A DNA stretch of 64,000 nt from Chlorobiota bacterium. GTDB taxonomy: Bacteria; Bacteroidota; Ignavibacteria; OLB7. The notes under the pieces are model-generated. The model ran no database searches. It saw only the letters and a list, made by a program, of their open reading frames with translations, and was not told where the DNA came from. The stretch covers positions 2,911,942 to 2,975,941 of the forward strand of contig JADJXR010000001.1 in the NCBI GenBank assembly GCA_016710285.1. The letters are read 5' to 3'. Below are positions 48,014 through 58,655 of the stretch, in pieces; the stretch's first letter is position 1; the number at the start of each line of letters is the position of its first letter. The position numbers and the translations under genes were made by a program.

Positions 48014-48817
48014 CTACTGGAACCGCTCAATCACGTGTTGCAGCCACAGCTTCCGGGCGTGCTGAAGGAACTGGTCCGGCGCGTTCTGGAAGTCGCGAGC
48101 GTTCGCGTATTTGCCATCCATCTTCCAATACTCTCCGTTGGTTTCAATGGCGGTTTGGTCAAGGTCATCAAGGCAGCAGATGTCGGATTCGGTGGGGAGC
48201 GGGCGGTTGTTCGTGGCTTCGTCGCTTAGGCCGGAGTAATCAATAAACATGATTCCCCGCAGCGCGAACTTCCGGTTGTTTTCGTGCATCAGCAGCTTCA
48301 TGCTGGCCGGCGAGACATCGCTGCGGCAGGCAAGTTTGTAGAGGATCGTGGTCTCGGTGATGCCATTGTTGTCCAGATCGGTAACGGTTGGGCGGCCCAG
48401 AAACTGCAGGGTGATGTCGAACTCGCAATGGCGGATCGCGTCGGCAATGTCCCACAGCACCGCCCAGCCGGTGTCGCGGCGAACGTACTGTTTGGCAATC
48501 AGCTGGCTGCTTTGGCCCAGCATCCCATCGCGGTCGGGAAGTTTCTCATCGTAGGGTGGAACCAGCGACTCCACCAGCAGGTTCTGGCCGTTCGCGTCCT
48601 CCCACCGCAACCCCAACTGCGCCCGCCCCCGCACCGCAATTTCCGCCGGAAGCTCCGATGGCTTCAGCGTATCAACATCCAACGGTTTGGGCACGTTCGG
48701 TTTTGGTGTGGTTGCGGTCTGTTCCGCCGGCGGCTGTTTCCCTGCCTCCTCGGTCTGCGGTTGGGACGAGCAAGCGATGAGAAGCGAAAGCATCAGGCAG
48801 GCAAGGAAGGTTTTCAT
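48014..48817 (-). CDS. hypothetical lipoprotein
   Basis: ATG at 48817 gives MKTFLACLMLSLLIACSSQ (lipobox L-I-A-C). I recognise no family. Confidence 0.6.
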   Translation of the reverse strand: MKTFLACLMLSLLIACSSQPQTEEAGKQPPAEQTATTPKPNVPKPLDVDTLKPSELPAEIAVRGRAQLGLRWEDANGQNLLVESLVPPYDEKLPDRDGMLGQSSQLIAKQYVRRDTGWAVLWDIADAIRHCEFDITLQFLGRPTVTDLDNNGITETTILYKLACRSDVSPASMKLLMHENNRKFALRGIMFIDYSGLSDEATNNRPLPTESDICCLDDLDQTAIETNGEYWKMDGKYANARDFQNAPDQFLQHARKLWLQHVIERFQ

Positions 48818-49066
48818 GGAGAAATAGAGTTGTGTGATTTCAGCACTCTGCAGCCAAACTGGCAAGGATGAAATTGCGAAGAATTGGTGTGATGGAAGCG
48901 GGGGCTTGGAGTGTTGAAACAGAGATGGGGAAAAGGTGAGAGTTTCTTGCCGCACAACTTCCCCCCGCTGTTTCCTCTCGTGACTACTCCCTTCGCGGTT
49001 GGGTGAGTAATTTTGTGCGGTTTTCTGCATGGAATTTCACTAACAACTCAGTCCAATCTACGGCTC

Positions 49067-51958
49067 ATGTCAACGACCGTCAACGACCTTGATCTTCGCT
49101 ACACCGACGACTTCATCCCCCGCCATATCGGCCCAAACGACGACGAAACCGCGCTGATGCTTGCCGCATTAGGCCACTCAACGCTTGATGAACTGATTGA
49201 AGCCACCATCCCTGCCGACATCCGGTTGCGCCAGCCGCTTCCGATCCAAGATGGAAAAAGTGAGTACGAGATGCTGGCCGAGCTTCGCGCTATCTCCAAA
49301 AAAAACCAGGTCTATCGCTCCTACCTCGGCATGGGGTACTACGACACCATCACCCCGGGGGTGATCCAGCGGAACATCCTGGAAAACCCAGGGTGGTACA
49401 CCCAGTACACCCCCTACCAAGCGGAGATTGCGCAGGGCCGTTTGGAGGCGTTGCTCAATTTCCAAACAATGGTGATTGACCTTACCGGACTGCCGATTGC
49501 CAACGCTTCGCTGCTGGACGAAGCCACCGCCGCTGCCGAGGCAATGCACCTTAGCTACGCAGCCCATAAAAATCCCGAAGCCAACGCCTTTTTTGTCAGC
49601 GAAGAATGCTTCCCGCAGACGATTGAGGTAATCCGCACCCGCGCGCTGATGCAGGGGATTGACGTGGTTGTTGGGGACCACCGCACCTTCGACTTCAGCA
49701 CCCCGGTGTTTGGCGTGCTGGTCCAATATCCCGCTGCCGATGGGGCCGTGCATGATTATCGCGACTTCATCGCCCGCGCCCACCAGCATGGCGCAACCGT
49801 GGCAATGGCTGCCGACCTTCTTTCCCTTGCACTGCTGACACCCCCGGGTGAGCTGGGGGCCGACATCGCAATCGGGACCACGCAGCGGTTTGGTGTGCCG
49901 CTTGGATTTGGCGGACCGCACGCCGCGTTTTTTGCCACCCGCGATGAGTTCAAACGGATTATCCCGGGCCGCATCATCGGCGTTTCGGTGGATGCCCAGG
50001 GGAAACCCGCGTTGCGGATGGCGTTGCAAACCCGCGAGCAGCATATCCGCCGCGAGAAAGCAACCAGCAACATCTGCACGGCCCAAGTGCTGCTGGCGGT
50101 GATTGCCGGGATGTACGCCGTCTATCACGGCCCCCATGGAATCCGCCGCATTGCCCACCGGGTCCACAAGTTGGCGGCGGTGCTGGCCGCGGGCCTAGGG
50201 CGGTTAGGGTTCAGCATCCAACACAACATCTACTTCGACACGATCAGGGTGAACGTCCCGGAGGGGAAGGCAAACCAAATTCTGCTGCTTGCACGCGAGC
50301 GGAAGATCAACCTGCGGAAACTGGATGCCTGCTCAATCGGCATTGCCCTTGATGAGACCGTCCAGATCAAGGACCTGCTGGACCTGTTGGCGGTGTTCAA
50401 CAACGGCCTTCCGGTAACGTTCGGAATGGATGACCTTGCCGGCGAGGCATCAGTTGGCTACGGGGCGGAGTTCGCACGCACCAGCCCGTACCTTACTCAC
50501 CCGGTCTTCAACAAACATCACAGCGAGCATGAGATGCTCCGCTACATGCGGATGCTGGAGTCGCGGGACCTTTCGCTGACCCACTCCATGATCCCCCTTG
50601 GCTCCTGCACGATGAAGCTGAACGCCACCAGCGAGATGTTCCCGGTGACGTGGGCGGAGTTCGGGAAGATCCACCCGTTTGCCCCAAGCGAGCAGACGGA
50701 GGGATACCACACCCTGTTCAGCACGCTGGAGGAAGCGTTGGAGAATATCACCGGATTCGCGAAAGTCTCCTTGCAGCCGAACGCAGGCTCGCAGGGTGAG
50801 TACGCCGGGTTGCTGGTGATTATGGCGTATCATCGCGCCCGTGGCGAATCGCACCGGAACGTCTGCATCATCCCGCAGTCGGCACACGGGACCAACCCCG
50901 CCAGCGCGGTGATGGCCGGCATGAAAGTGGTGGTGGTTGCCACCGCCCCCAACGGCAACATTGACATTGCCGACCTGAAGAAAAAAGCCGAGGAGCACAA
51001 GGATAACCTTGCTGCGTTGATGGTGACCTACCCCAGCACACACGGGGTGTTCGAGGAAGGGATTCGGGAGATTTGCGAAACCATCCACACCCACGGCGGC
51101 CAGGTGTACATGGACGGCGCGAACATGAACGCACAAGTTGGGCTAACCAGCCCGGCGACAATCGGCGCGGACGTGTGCCACCTGAACCTCCATAAAACAT
51201 TCTGCATTCCGCACGGTGGCGGCGGGCCGGGGATGGGGCCGATTGGCGTTGCGGCGCACCTTGCTCCGTTTTTGCCCGGGCATCCGGTGGTGAAGATTGG
51301 GGGGGACCAAGCAATCGGTCCGGTGTCGGCTGCGCCGTGGGGAAGTGCCAGCATCCTTCCAATCAGCTGGATGTACATTTTTATGATGGGGGGTGCGGGG
51401 CTTACCCACGCCACCAAAATCGCAATCCTGAACGCCAACTACGTGGCCAAGCGGCTGGAAGAACACTACCCCGTTCTCTACAAAGGAACCAACGGCACGG
51501 TTGCCCACGAGTGCATTCTGGACCTGCGCCACTTGAAGGCTTCCAGCGGTGTGGAAGTTGAGGATGTGGCGAAGCGATTGATGGATTACGGGTTCCACGC
51601 CCCAACCGTCAGCTTCCCCGTTGCCGGAACGCTGATGGTGGAGCCAACCGAAAGCGAGACGTTGGACGAGTTGGACCGGTTCTGCGAGGCGATGATCGCC
51701 ATTCGCCAGGAGATTCGTGAGATTGAGGAGGGAGCCGCCGACAAAGCCGACAACCTGCTGAAGAACGCGCCCCACACCGCCGAAGTGGTAATGGCCGACG
51801 ACTGGAACCGCCCGTACACCCGCCAGCGTGCGGCGTATCCGGCGCAGTGGGTGCGCCACAGCAAGTTCTGGCCCTCGGTCGGTCGCGTCAACAACGCCGC
51901 CGGGGACCGCACGCTTATCTGTGCCTGCCCGCCGATTGAGGAGTATATGGAGGCGTGA
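49067..51958 (+). CDS. gcvP: glycine dehydrogenase (aminomethyl-transferring), single-chain P protein
   Basis: ATG at 49067. [27 protein letters not shown], and the [22 protein letters not shown]-Lys region. Confidence 0.96.
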   Translation: MSTTVNDLDLRYTDDFIPRHIGPNDDETALMLAALGHSTLDELIEATIPADIRLRQPLPIQDGKSEYEMLAELRAISKKNQVYRSYLGMGYYDTITPGVIQRNILENPGWYTQYTPYQAEIAQGRLEALLNFQTMVIDLTGLPIANASLLDEATAAAEAMHLSYAAHKNPEANAFFVSEECFPQTIEVIRTRALMQGIDVVVGDHRTFDFSTPVFGVLVQYPAADGAVHDYRDFIARAHQHGATVAMAADLLSLALLTPPGELGADIAIGTTQRFGVPLGFGGPHAAFFATRDEFKRIIPGRIIGVSVDAQGKPALRMALQTREQHIRREKATSNICTAQVLLAVIAGMYAVYHGPHGIRRIAHRVHKLAAVLAAGLGRLGFSIQHNIYFDTIRVNVPEGKANQILLLARERKINLRKLDACSIGIALDETVQIKDLLDLLAVFNNGLPVTFGMDDLAGEASVGYGAEFARTSPYLTHPVFNKHHSEHEMLRYMRMLESRDLSLTHSMIPLGSCTMKLNATSEMFPVTWAEFGKIHPFAPSEQTEGYHTLFSTLEEALENITGFAKVSLQPNAGSQGEYAGLLVIMAYHRARGESHRNVCIIPQSAHGTNPASAVMAGMKVVVVATAPNGNIDIADLKKKAEEHKDNLAALMVTYPSTHGVFEEGIREICETIHTHGGQVYMDGANMNAQVGLTSPATIGADVCHLNLHKTFCIPHGGGGPGMGPIGVAAHLAPFLPGHPVVKIGGDQAIGPVSAAPWGSASILPISWMYIFMMGGAGLTHATKIAILNANYVAKRLEEHYPVLYKGTNGTVAHECILDLRHLKASSGVEVEDVAKRLMDYGFHAPTVSFPVAGTLMVEPTESETLDELDRFCEAMIAIRQEIREIEEGAADKADNLLKNAPHTAEVVMADDWNRPYTRQRAAYPAQWVRHSKFWPSVGRVNNAAGDRTLICACPPIEEYMEA

Positions 51959-52053
51959 AAGAGGGAGGGGGGAGAAGGTTGAAGATGAGTTCCGTTGTGC
52001 GGTTCACTGAATAACGGCCTTCGCTCATTCTGAACTTCGTGACGAGAATACCG

Positions 52054-52100
52054 AAGGAGGCGTTCCAATTTTGCAGAAGTGCTTTGCGGAACGCCTCCTT
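52054..52100 (+). terminator. terminator candidate after gcvP, at the left edge of the AT-rich islet
   Basis: 13-bp stem aaggaggcgttcc / ggaacgcctcctt with a 21-nt loop, then tgtcgcagtttt. Confidence 0.5.
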
Positions 52101-52202
52101 TGTCGCAGTTTTGGGTTCCTTTGTTCACCTTGAGGTGGCGGGTTGATAGGAAGCATTGCTTGCCGTTAAAGTATTTGGCAATTTTTCAAAGTAGAGTCGT
52201 CT

Positions 52203-53045
52203 ATGTGGTCGCCAACAACGTTCAGGCGTTATGTTCGCACAATTGAATCAAGCTCACGCCCAGCATATATTGACACTGATGCGGGGCCAGCATACTTAAA
52301 AGCGGCGAATAATCCAGAAGGGCCGCATATCCTTGCCTGTGATTGGTTCGGGACGCGCTTAGCGCAGAAATTTCATCTTCCGACGTTAGAAGTAGCGATA
52401 CTGCCATTAACGAGCCTTGATGAAATTCCAATTGGCAAGGGAATAATTGCCTCACCAGAGCCAGCATTCGTTAGCCGTGCTGAACAAGGGGCAACGATGG
52501 GAGGTAGTGGTACATTAGAGTATGTTGAGAATCTGGACGATATTCCCCGAATTGTTGTTTTTGATACGTGGGTGCGCAACTGCGATCGGTATTGCCCAAC
52601 TGACACGCCCAACGGCAAGCCGCGAATCAACGTAGATAATGTTTTTCTTTCGGTGGAGGGGGCAACACAGGGCAAATTTATTTTGAAGCCAATTGATCAT
52701 GGCCACATTTTTTCCTGTGGCAAGCAATTAACACCGAAATTGTCGAATATCTCAAATGTGCAAGAACGAAAGCTCTATGGATTATTTCCGGAATTCCGCA
52801 AGTATGTCACAATTGAGAGCCTTCATGCAATCGTAGATGAGCTTGCCGATATTCGGCCAACGTTGTGGGAAGACTTGCTCCATGATTTACCAGATGCATG
52901 GCATATTACAGATGAAATCCGAGCAGCGATTAATTCTTTTTTGATTGATCGCGCACAGTTTTTGTCAAACAATCTTCGTGAAATTGCTTACAACGAACTG
53001 CACCCCGGAAAAATAGATTTTGACGCAAATCAAACGCAACCATGA
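52203..53045 (+). CDS. HipA-like kinase-fold protein (putative toxin component)
   Basis: 280 aa in a low-GC islet. VVFDTWVRNCDRY...NVDNVFL resembles the HipA-type catalytic loop (N.D.H..N), and KPIDHGHIF is a plausible metal-binding Asp segment. The stop overlaps the next start (ATGA). Confidence 0.6.
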   Translation: MWSPTTFRRYVRTIESSSRPAYIDTDAGPAYLKAANNPEGPHILACDWFGTRLAQKFHLPTLEVAILPLTSLDEIPIGKGIIASPEPAFVSRAEQGATMGGSGTLEYVENLDDIPRIVVFDTWVRNCDRYCPTDTPNGKPRINVDNVFLSVEGATQGKFILKPIDHGHIFSCGKQLTPKLSNISNVQERKLYGLFPEFRKYVTIESLHAIVDELADIRPTLWEDLLHDLPDAWHITDEIRAAINSFLIDRAQFLSNNLREIAYNELHPGKIDFDANQTQP

Positions 53046-53854
53046 ACACAGATATGCAACCGGCAAAAGGTTATTACTCCATCGTTCAGTACGTGCCTGA
53101 CGTTGAGCGTACTGAGGGGGCCAACATCGGTATCGTACTCTTTTGTCCTGATAAACATTTTCTGCAAGCAAAGCTATCACCTAATAACAATCGCGTCAAT
53201 CGGTTCTTTGGCTCTAAGCCAGATAGCAATCTTGATGGAACAAGAATCAAGACGCTGAAAATGGCGTTTCAAGAGCGTATGGTCTTCGAGAAAGAGCGCA
53301 TTAAAACCCAAGAAGATTTCCGATTATTTGGTGCTTCACGTGGCAATCATTTGCTTCTGACAGAACCACGGCCAATTAAAGTCCTTAATCCCGAAGAAGA
53401 ATTGAATCAGCTATTCAATCGTCTTGTTGGCAGTAATTCTCATAGAAAACAGAATGATGACACGAAGCATCTAATAAAAGAGATTGATAAGCAATTCGAA
53501 TCGGAAATAAGCAAGCAAGGGATCGCGCAGTTAATTAAAAAGAATGTTCTTCTGGAACTTCCACTTCTTAAACGAGCTGAGGTGTTCCCCTTCAGCTTTC
53601 AAAATGGACAGCAAAATGTGATTAAAACTTTTGCCATCCGAAGCAATGACCAGAAAAATACCAATCAGGCTTGCGTAGTTGCTATGGAGGGGAAGGCTCT
53701 TGCTGATATTAATGTGAAATTGAACGTGCTGGCAAAATATGATGCTGTTGAAGATGATCACGTCCCAAATATCTTTGCGTCAATGGATATCCCAGTCCAT
53801 ACAGTGGACCGCATTGAGGAATTTGTACTAGAGATTAAAAAATTCGCTCATTGA
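53042..53854 (+). CDS. DUF3037-like protein (putative partner / antitoxin or effector)
   Basis: 270 aa. The N-terminus YYSIVQYVPDVERTEGANIGIVLFCPD matches my recollection of the DUF3037 signature (Y.vlryvPd..r.E.vNiGvvl). Translationally coupled to the kinase-like gene. Confidence 0.6.
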   Translation: MNTDMQPAKGYYSIVQYVPDVERTEGANIGIVLFCPDKHFLQAKLSPNNNRVNRFFGSKPDSNLDGTRIKTLKMAFQERMVFEKERIKTQEDFRLFGASRGNHLLLTEPRPIKVLNPEEELNQLFNRLVGSNSHRKQNDDTKHLIKEIDKQFESEISKQGIAQLIKKNVLLELPLLKRAEVFPFSFQNGQQNVIKTFAIRSNDQKNTNQACVVAMEGKALADINVKLNVLAKYDAVEDDHVPNIFASMDIPVHTVDRIEEFVLEIKKFAH

Positions 53855-53877
53855 GTAGCGCACTTTACGCAAAAATC

Positions 53878-53916
53878 AACAGAGCGGGGCGACTACAATA
53901 GCCGCCCCGCTCTGTT
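53878..53916. terminator. bidirectional terminator at the right edge of the AT-rich islet
   Basis: 14-bp stem aacagagcggggcg / cgccccgctctgtt. atttct follows on the + side and gatttttg follows on the - side. It lies between convergent genes. Confidence 0.7.
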
Positions 53917-53941
53917 ATTTCTGATCTCTCGCCTGTTATTC

Positions 53942-54592
53942 TTACAACACCACCCCAATGCACATCCCATCCCCAATCGGTACCAGCGAGCTTTGCAGTT
54001 CCGGGCGGGCGGCCATTGCGCGGTTGAAGGCTTGCATCCCTTGCACGCTTGGGTCCTGGGCATCGGGGTCGGCGATTTGGCCCCAGGCCAACGCGTTGTC
54101 CCCGGCAATCACCCCGCCGCGCCGCATCATCGGCAGGATCAGTTCAAGGTAGCGGACGTAGTTCGGTTTGTCGGCATCAATAAACGCGAAGTCATAAGGG
54201 CCGCTTCCGGCAAGGTCGCGCTCCAAAACATCAACCCCCGCGCCAACACGAACCTCGATCTTGGATCCCAGTCCGGCGCGCTCGGCCCAGCTTTGCGCAA
54301 ACTCGGCATGGAACGGGTCCCGCTCAATGGTGGTGACGGTTCCATCCTCCGGCAGCGCGCGTGCCATGGTGATGGCACTGTATCCGGCAAGCGTCCCAAC
54401 TTCCAGCACCCGCTTTGCCCCAATCGCCCGCAGAAAAACCTGCATGAATGCCGCTTGTTCCGGGCTGATCTGAATCGCCGGTATCCCCGCCTGGATTGCT
54501 GCCGCCCGAAGCTCACCCAAAATGGTGTCCTCCGCCGGAAACAGCTGGATCATGTAGTCAACAATCTGGTCAGTTAATGGTGTTCCTTTCAT
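53942..54592 (-). CDS. class I SAM-dependent O-methyltransferase (caffeoyl-CoA OMT-like, Methyltransf_3)
   Basis: ATG at 54592 (MKGTPLTDQIVDYM). VLEVGTLAGYSAI is the SAM motif I. FAFIDADKPNY and GGVIAGDN are also present. Confidence 0.85.
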   Translation of the reverse strand: MKGTPLTDQIVDYMIQLFPAEDTILGELRAAAIQAGIPAIQISPEQAAFMQVFLRAIGAKRVLEVGTLAGYSAITMARALPEDGTVTTIERDPFHAEFAQSWAERAGLGSKIEVRVGAGVDVLERDLAGSGPYDFAFIDADKPNYVRYLELILPMMRRGGVIAGDNALAWGQIADPDAQDPSVQGMQAFNRAMAARPELQSSLVPIGDGMCIGVVL

Positions 54593-54823
54593 GGAAATCG
54601 GTTGATAGAGGATTGGTTGATGGATTGCAGTTTTGTGCGATTTTGAACGCGGCGAATATACGATATTCAGCACCCGGTAACGTGGGAACAGATGAAGGGT
54701 GAAGGGGATGGACGTTGACGACGTGTGGAGAAGGCGATGGAGCCAAAGGATCACCAAACGCAATCCCATGCTCCATTCTATTGAACCAATCGAATTACCG
54801 ATTCTTGATAACCAAACCCAACC

Positions 54824-56482
54824 ATGAACGATTCCCCACGCCGTGTTGGCGGCTATGAACTGTTGGAACTGCTTGGCTCCGGAGGGATGAGCCAGGTCTA
54901 TCGCGCCCGCCGGATTGACGACGGGGAGGTGGTTGCCCTGAAGGCAATTCGGATGGAGGATGTGGAGGCCGAACACGAACGCCGCCTGCGCCGCGAACCC
55001 GAGGTCCAGCAAGGGGCGGGGCACGCCAACATCGTGAAGATGCACGATTGGTTCCGCGAGCACGACACGTTCTATCTGGTGATGGAGTATGTGGCCGGGC
55101 GTTCCCTTGCGCAGGTGATCTACAAGGAATCGGGACCGCTTCCGTTCGAGCGTGCGCGTGGGTATCTGCGCCAGGCGTTGGCGGGGCTGGCGCATCTTCA
55201 CTCCCTGGGGATTATCCACCGTGACATCAAACCTTCCAACCTGATAGTGGGGTGGGACGACACGGTGAAACTTGCCGATTTCGGCATCGCGAAATTTGCC
55301 TGGCAGCAGGGGGAAACCCGCACCCAAAAAGGGTTGGGAACCCCCGAGTATATGTCGCCCGAGCAAGTCCGCGGGGCGCAGATTGACCACCGCACCGACC
55401 TCTATTCGCTGGGCATCACCTTCTTCGAAATGCTGACCGCACGCAAGCCGTTTGCGCGTGGCCAGGAAACCCCCATCGGCTATGCTGAAGTGATCCAGGG
55501 GGTGCTGACCGCCCAGCTTCCCGACCCGCGAACGTTCCAACCAACGCTGCCCCCCACCGTTGTCCGGCTGCTGAATCGCGCAACCGCAAAGGACCCTGCC
55601 GAACGGTTCCAAACCGCAGGGGAGTTTGCAAGCGCGTTGGAGATGGTGGAGGCCGCCCCGGAGGCCGCCGCTGGAGCTCCATTCCACGATCCCGCGCCAA
55701 CAGTGGTGGCCGGCGCGATGCCGCAAACTCCATCGTTATCTCCATCCTCGCCGCCGCCGCAAGCCCCATCACCACAGCCGAACCCTGTGCCTCCGGCAGC
55801 GCAGCCGGTTCAGGAGCGGATGCCCAGCAATGCTCCGCTTTGGATTATTCTGGCAGCCATTATTCTGGGGGTGGGTGGGTATTTCGGGATGCGGTGGTAT
55901 AAGGAGAGCCAGAATCTTCTGCCGGTTTCCGTTGGGCTTACCGATGCGGGGGCGTTGGACCTCTCAAAAAAAATCGCCGTTGATTACCAGATGTTCTCCC
56001 GCAACCAAAACGCCGGCGCGCTTGCCTCGCTCTATGCCGAGCAGGGGGTGGAGTACTTCCGCCTGAAGCGAGCCTCACGCAAGGTTATCGAGAACGATAT
56101 GGATGATTTTTTCAGCCGGATTGTTGCCACGCCACGGTTCGACATCACGGTGAAAAACGCCAAAGCCCAGAACGACAGCACCATCGCCACCGAGTGGTGG
56201 ATTGCCTACGAACGGCAGCGCGACGACCAAACCTTGCTGCGCGGGCAAACCAGCAACCTGCTGACAATCCAGCGGAACGGCGGGGAGTGGCTGATCGTTC
56301 GCCAATCGCAAAAGTGGATAAAGCGGGATGACGTTGCTCCCCCCGCCGACACGCCCGAAGTGAAGGACATCATCCATCCCCCCGCCGACACCGTGACGAG
56401 CGCGCCGCCAACGGTTCCCGATACCGCGTCGTCGCCAAACAATCCGTCGTCGCCCCAATCACAAGTCCGTCGCCAGCCGTAG
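54824..56482 (+). CDS. Hanks-type serine/threonine protein kinase with TM segment and extracytoplasmic NTF2/SnoaL-like domain
   Basis: GSGGMSQVYRA, VALK, HRDIKPSNL, DFG, GTPEYMSPE. A Pro-rich linker is followed by the TM segment LWIILAAIILGVGGYFG. Confidence 0.9.
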   Translation: MNDSPRRVGGYELLELLGSGGMSQVYRARRIDDGEVVALKAIRMEDVEAEHERRLRREPEVQQGAGHANIVKMHDWFREHDTFYLVMEYVAGRSLAQVIYKESGPLPFERARGYLRQALAGLAHLHSLGIIHRDIKPSNLIVGWDDTVKLADFGIAKFAWQQGETRTQKGLGTPEYMSPEQVRGAQIDHRTDLYSLGITFFEMLTARKPFARGQETPIGYAEVIQGVLTAQLPDPRTFQPTLPPTVVRLLNRATAKDPAERFQTAGEFASALEMVEAAPEAAAGAPFHDPAPTVVAGAMPQTPSLSPSSPPPQAPSPQPNPVPPAAQPVQERMPSNAPLWIILAAIILGVGGYFGMRWYKESQNLLPVSVGLTDAGALDLSKKIAVDYQMFSRNQNAGALASLYAEQGVEYFRLKRASRKVIENDMDDFFSRIVATPRFDITVKNAKAQNDSTIATEWWIAYERQRDDQTLLRGQTSNLLTIQRNGGEWLIVRQSQKWIKRDDVAPPADTPEVKDIIHPPADTVTSAPPTVPDTASSPNNPSSPQSQVRRQP

Positions 56483-56483
56483 C

Positions 56484-57566
56484 ATGAGCCTGCCCAACCC
56501 ACCCAACACCAACGCCCCGGTCCGCATTGCCACGCGGACCGATGTCGGGCTGCGCCGGATGCAGAACGAGGATTCGCTGGGAACGCTTCCCCTTCCCAAC
56601 GGCCACGCGCTGGTGGTGTGCGATGGAATGGGGGGTCACGAAGGTGGGGCCGAAGCAAGCAACATTGCCGTCACGGCCTTCCTGTCGGAACTGAGCAACG
56701 CAGCTCCGTCCGTGGCCGATGCCGCAGCAATGGAGCAAGGGGTGAAGATTGCCAACCAGGAAATTTTCCAAGCTGCGCGCAAGCGTGGGGAGGGGGTGGT
56801 GATGGGGACCACGTTGGTGGGGGGGATAATCGCGGCGCGCGGCACGGGGGCAGGGGAAACTTCGCTGACACTATCGGTGGTGAACGTGGGGGATAGCCGG
56901 GCGTATCTGTTCAGGGACCAGCGGTTGCAGCAGATCACCAAGGATCATTCCCATGTGGCGCACCTTCTTTCCATTGGGGCAATCACCCCGGCACAAGCGG
57001 CCAATTTTCCCGGGCGGAACGTTGTCACCCGGGCACTTGGTTCGGAGCCTTCGGTGCGGCCCGATCTGTTCCAGCTTCCGCTGCAGCGGGGTGATCTTCT
57101 CCTGCTTTGCAGCGACGGGCTTCACTCGGAAATCAGCGATGAACGAATCGCGGAAATCTTGCGAAGCAATCCCCAATTAGAAACCGCGTGCGACGCGCTG
57201 GTGGTTGCTGCGCTGGCCGCCGGCGGGCGCGATAACATCACCGTGATCCTTGCACGGATGGAGGAAGGGGCTGCGGTGGACGCTGCAACCGCCGCCAACA
57301 CCCTGGAGCTTGCCTCCACCGCTGTGAAAGAAAAATCGGACCCGAAAAAAAGTGCGTGGCTGCGGGCAATGCTGGTAAGCACCGTTGCCGCCGTGGCGAT
57401 GATTGCGGCCTGGCTTGTGCTTCTTTGCCCCGCGCCCTGTTCCGCTCCGGCAGCAATGGGTCCCAGCGATTCCGGCAGCGCGCAACCGGCCATCAACCCC
57501 GCGCAACCGGTTGACTCGGCACCGGCGCAACGCACCCCGGGCGAGGGGTTGTACGAGGTTCCATAA
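56484..57566 (+). CDS. PP2C-family serine/threonine phosphatase (Stp-like) with C-terminal TM anchor
   Basis: [43 protein letters not shown]. Begins 1 nt after the kinase stop. Confidence 0.88.
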   Translation: MSLPNPPNTNAPVRIATRTDVGLRRMQNEDSLGTLPLPNGHALVVCDGMGGHEGGAEASNIAVTAFLSELSNAAPSVADAAAMEQGVKIANQEIFQAARKRGEGVVMGTTLVGGIIAARGTGAGETSLTLSVVNVGDSRAYLFRDQRLQQITKDHSHVAHLLSIGAITPAQAANFPGRNVVTRALGSEPSVRPDLFQLPLQRGDLLLLCSDGLHSEISDERIAEILRSNPQLETACDALVVAALAAGGRDNITVILARMEEGAAVDAATAANTLELASTAVKEKSDPKKSAWLRAMLVSTVAAVAMIAAWLVLLCPAPCSAPAAMGPSDSGSAQPAINPAQPVDSAPAQRTPGEGLYEVP

Positions 57567-57744
57567 GCAGTTGGCATTGGCGCGCCGCAACCCCATGTTC
57601 TGCGGGAGCCAATACAATTGGGAACGGGAGAATTCTCCGGCGGGAGGGGTTCGGCGTTGTATTTTCGGCAGCTTTCCAAGCGGGCGGGCAACCGACCTTC
57701 ATCAAGTCTTCTTCATCAACTTTCAACGATACAGAACCATCCAG

Positions 57745-58596
57745 ATGGAAATCCAGAACATCCTTGTTATCGGTGCCGGAACCATGGGGAACGGCATTGC
57801 CCACGTGTTTGCGCAAACCGGCCACAACGTCACGCTGGTTGACGTGGACGCGCAACGCTTGCAGGGGGGGATTGGCACCATTGCCAAAAACCTTGACCGG
57901 CAAGTGAAGAAAGAAGCGATCACCGAAGCGGAAAAGGAGGCAACGTTAGGCCGCATCACCCCTTCCACCGATTTGGTGGGATCGGCTGCGGGGGCGGATT
58001 TAATTATCGAGGCGGCCACCGAGAATCCAACAATCAAAGCGGAGATTTTCCGCACGTTGGATGCCAACGCGAAGGAGTCGGCGATACTGGCCACGAACAC
58101 TTCCTCCATCTCCATCACCCAGATTGCCGGCGGGACGCAACGCCCCGAGAAGGTGATTGGAATGCACTTCTTCAACCCCGTTCCGGTGATGAAGTTGGTG
58201 GAGATCATCCGTGGGCTTGCCACCAGCGACGAAACCTACACGGCGATAAAACTGCTGAGCGAAAAACTTGGGAAAGTCCCGGTGGAGGTCCACGATTACC
58301 CAGGCTTCGTCAGCAACCGCGTGTTGATGCCGATGATTAACGAGGCCATCTACTGCGTGATGGAAGGGGTGGCAACGGTGGAGTCGGTGGACACGGTGAT
58401 GAAACTTGGCATGGCCCACCCAATGGGTCCGCTAACGCTGGCCGATTTCATCGGCTTGGATGTTTGCCTTGCCATCATGGAGGTCCTGCACAAAGGGCTT
58501 GGCGACGACAAATATCGCCCCTGCCCGCTGCTGCGGAAAATGGTGGCCGCCGGCCATTTGGGGCGGAAGAGTGGGAAAGGATTTTATCAGTATTGA
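57745..58596 (+). CDS. hbd: 3-hydroxybutyryl-CoA (3-hydroxyacyl-CoA) dehydrogenase
   Basis: ATG at 57745. [19 protein letters not shown] fold, [49 protein letters not shown]. Confidence 0.9.
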   Translation: MEIQNILVIGAGTMGNGIAHVFAQTGHNVTLVDVDAQRLQGGIGTIAKNLDRQVKKEAITEAEKEATLGRITPSTDLVGSAAGADLIIEAATENPTIKAEIFRTLDANAKESAILATNTSSISITQIAGGTQRPEKVIGMHFFNPVPVMKLVEIIRGLATSDETYTAIKLLSEKLGKVPVEVHDYPGFVSNRVLMPMINEAIYCVMEGVATVESVDTVMKLGMAHPMGPLTLADFIGLDVCLAIMEVLHKGLGDDKYRPCPLLRKMVAAGHLGRKSGKGFYQY

Positions 58597-58655
58597 TCCC
58601 CCAAAACAGAGGGTGATGTTGGCGCAAAGTAGCGGCCGCGATTCAATCGGGGTCG

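Noticed and set aside
48818-49066. Looked for a glycine riboswitch or other leader upstream of gcvP.
   Set aside because: I could not find the conserved glycine-aptamer cores (GGAGAG ... ACCGAAGG-type elements) in the 249-nt region. A cmscan would be needed to exclude it formally.
52101-53920. Searched the AT-rich islet flanks for direct repeats, a tRNA attachment site, or an integrase or transposase that would define a mobile element.
   Set aside because: None found. The flanks are terminator hairpins of neighbouring genes with no obvious duplicated target site. The islet is therefore reported as a compositional island, not as a defined mobile element.
53942-55726. 594-aa minus-strand ORF spanning the O-methyltransferase and running antisense through the Ser/Thr kinase gene.
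   Set aside because: Only the last 216 codons (from ATG at 54592, MKGTPLTD...) look like a methyltransferase. The upstream part is antisense to a kinase with complete Hanks motifs and has junk-like composition.
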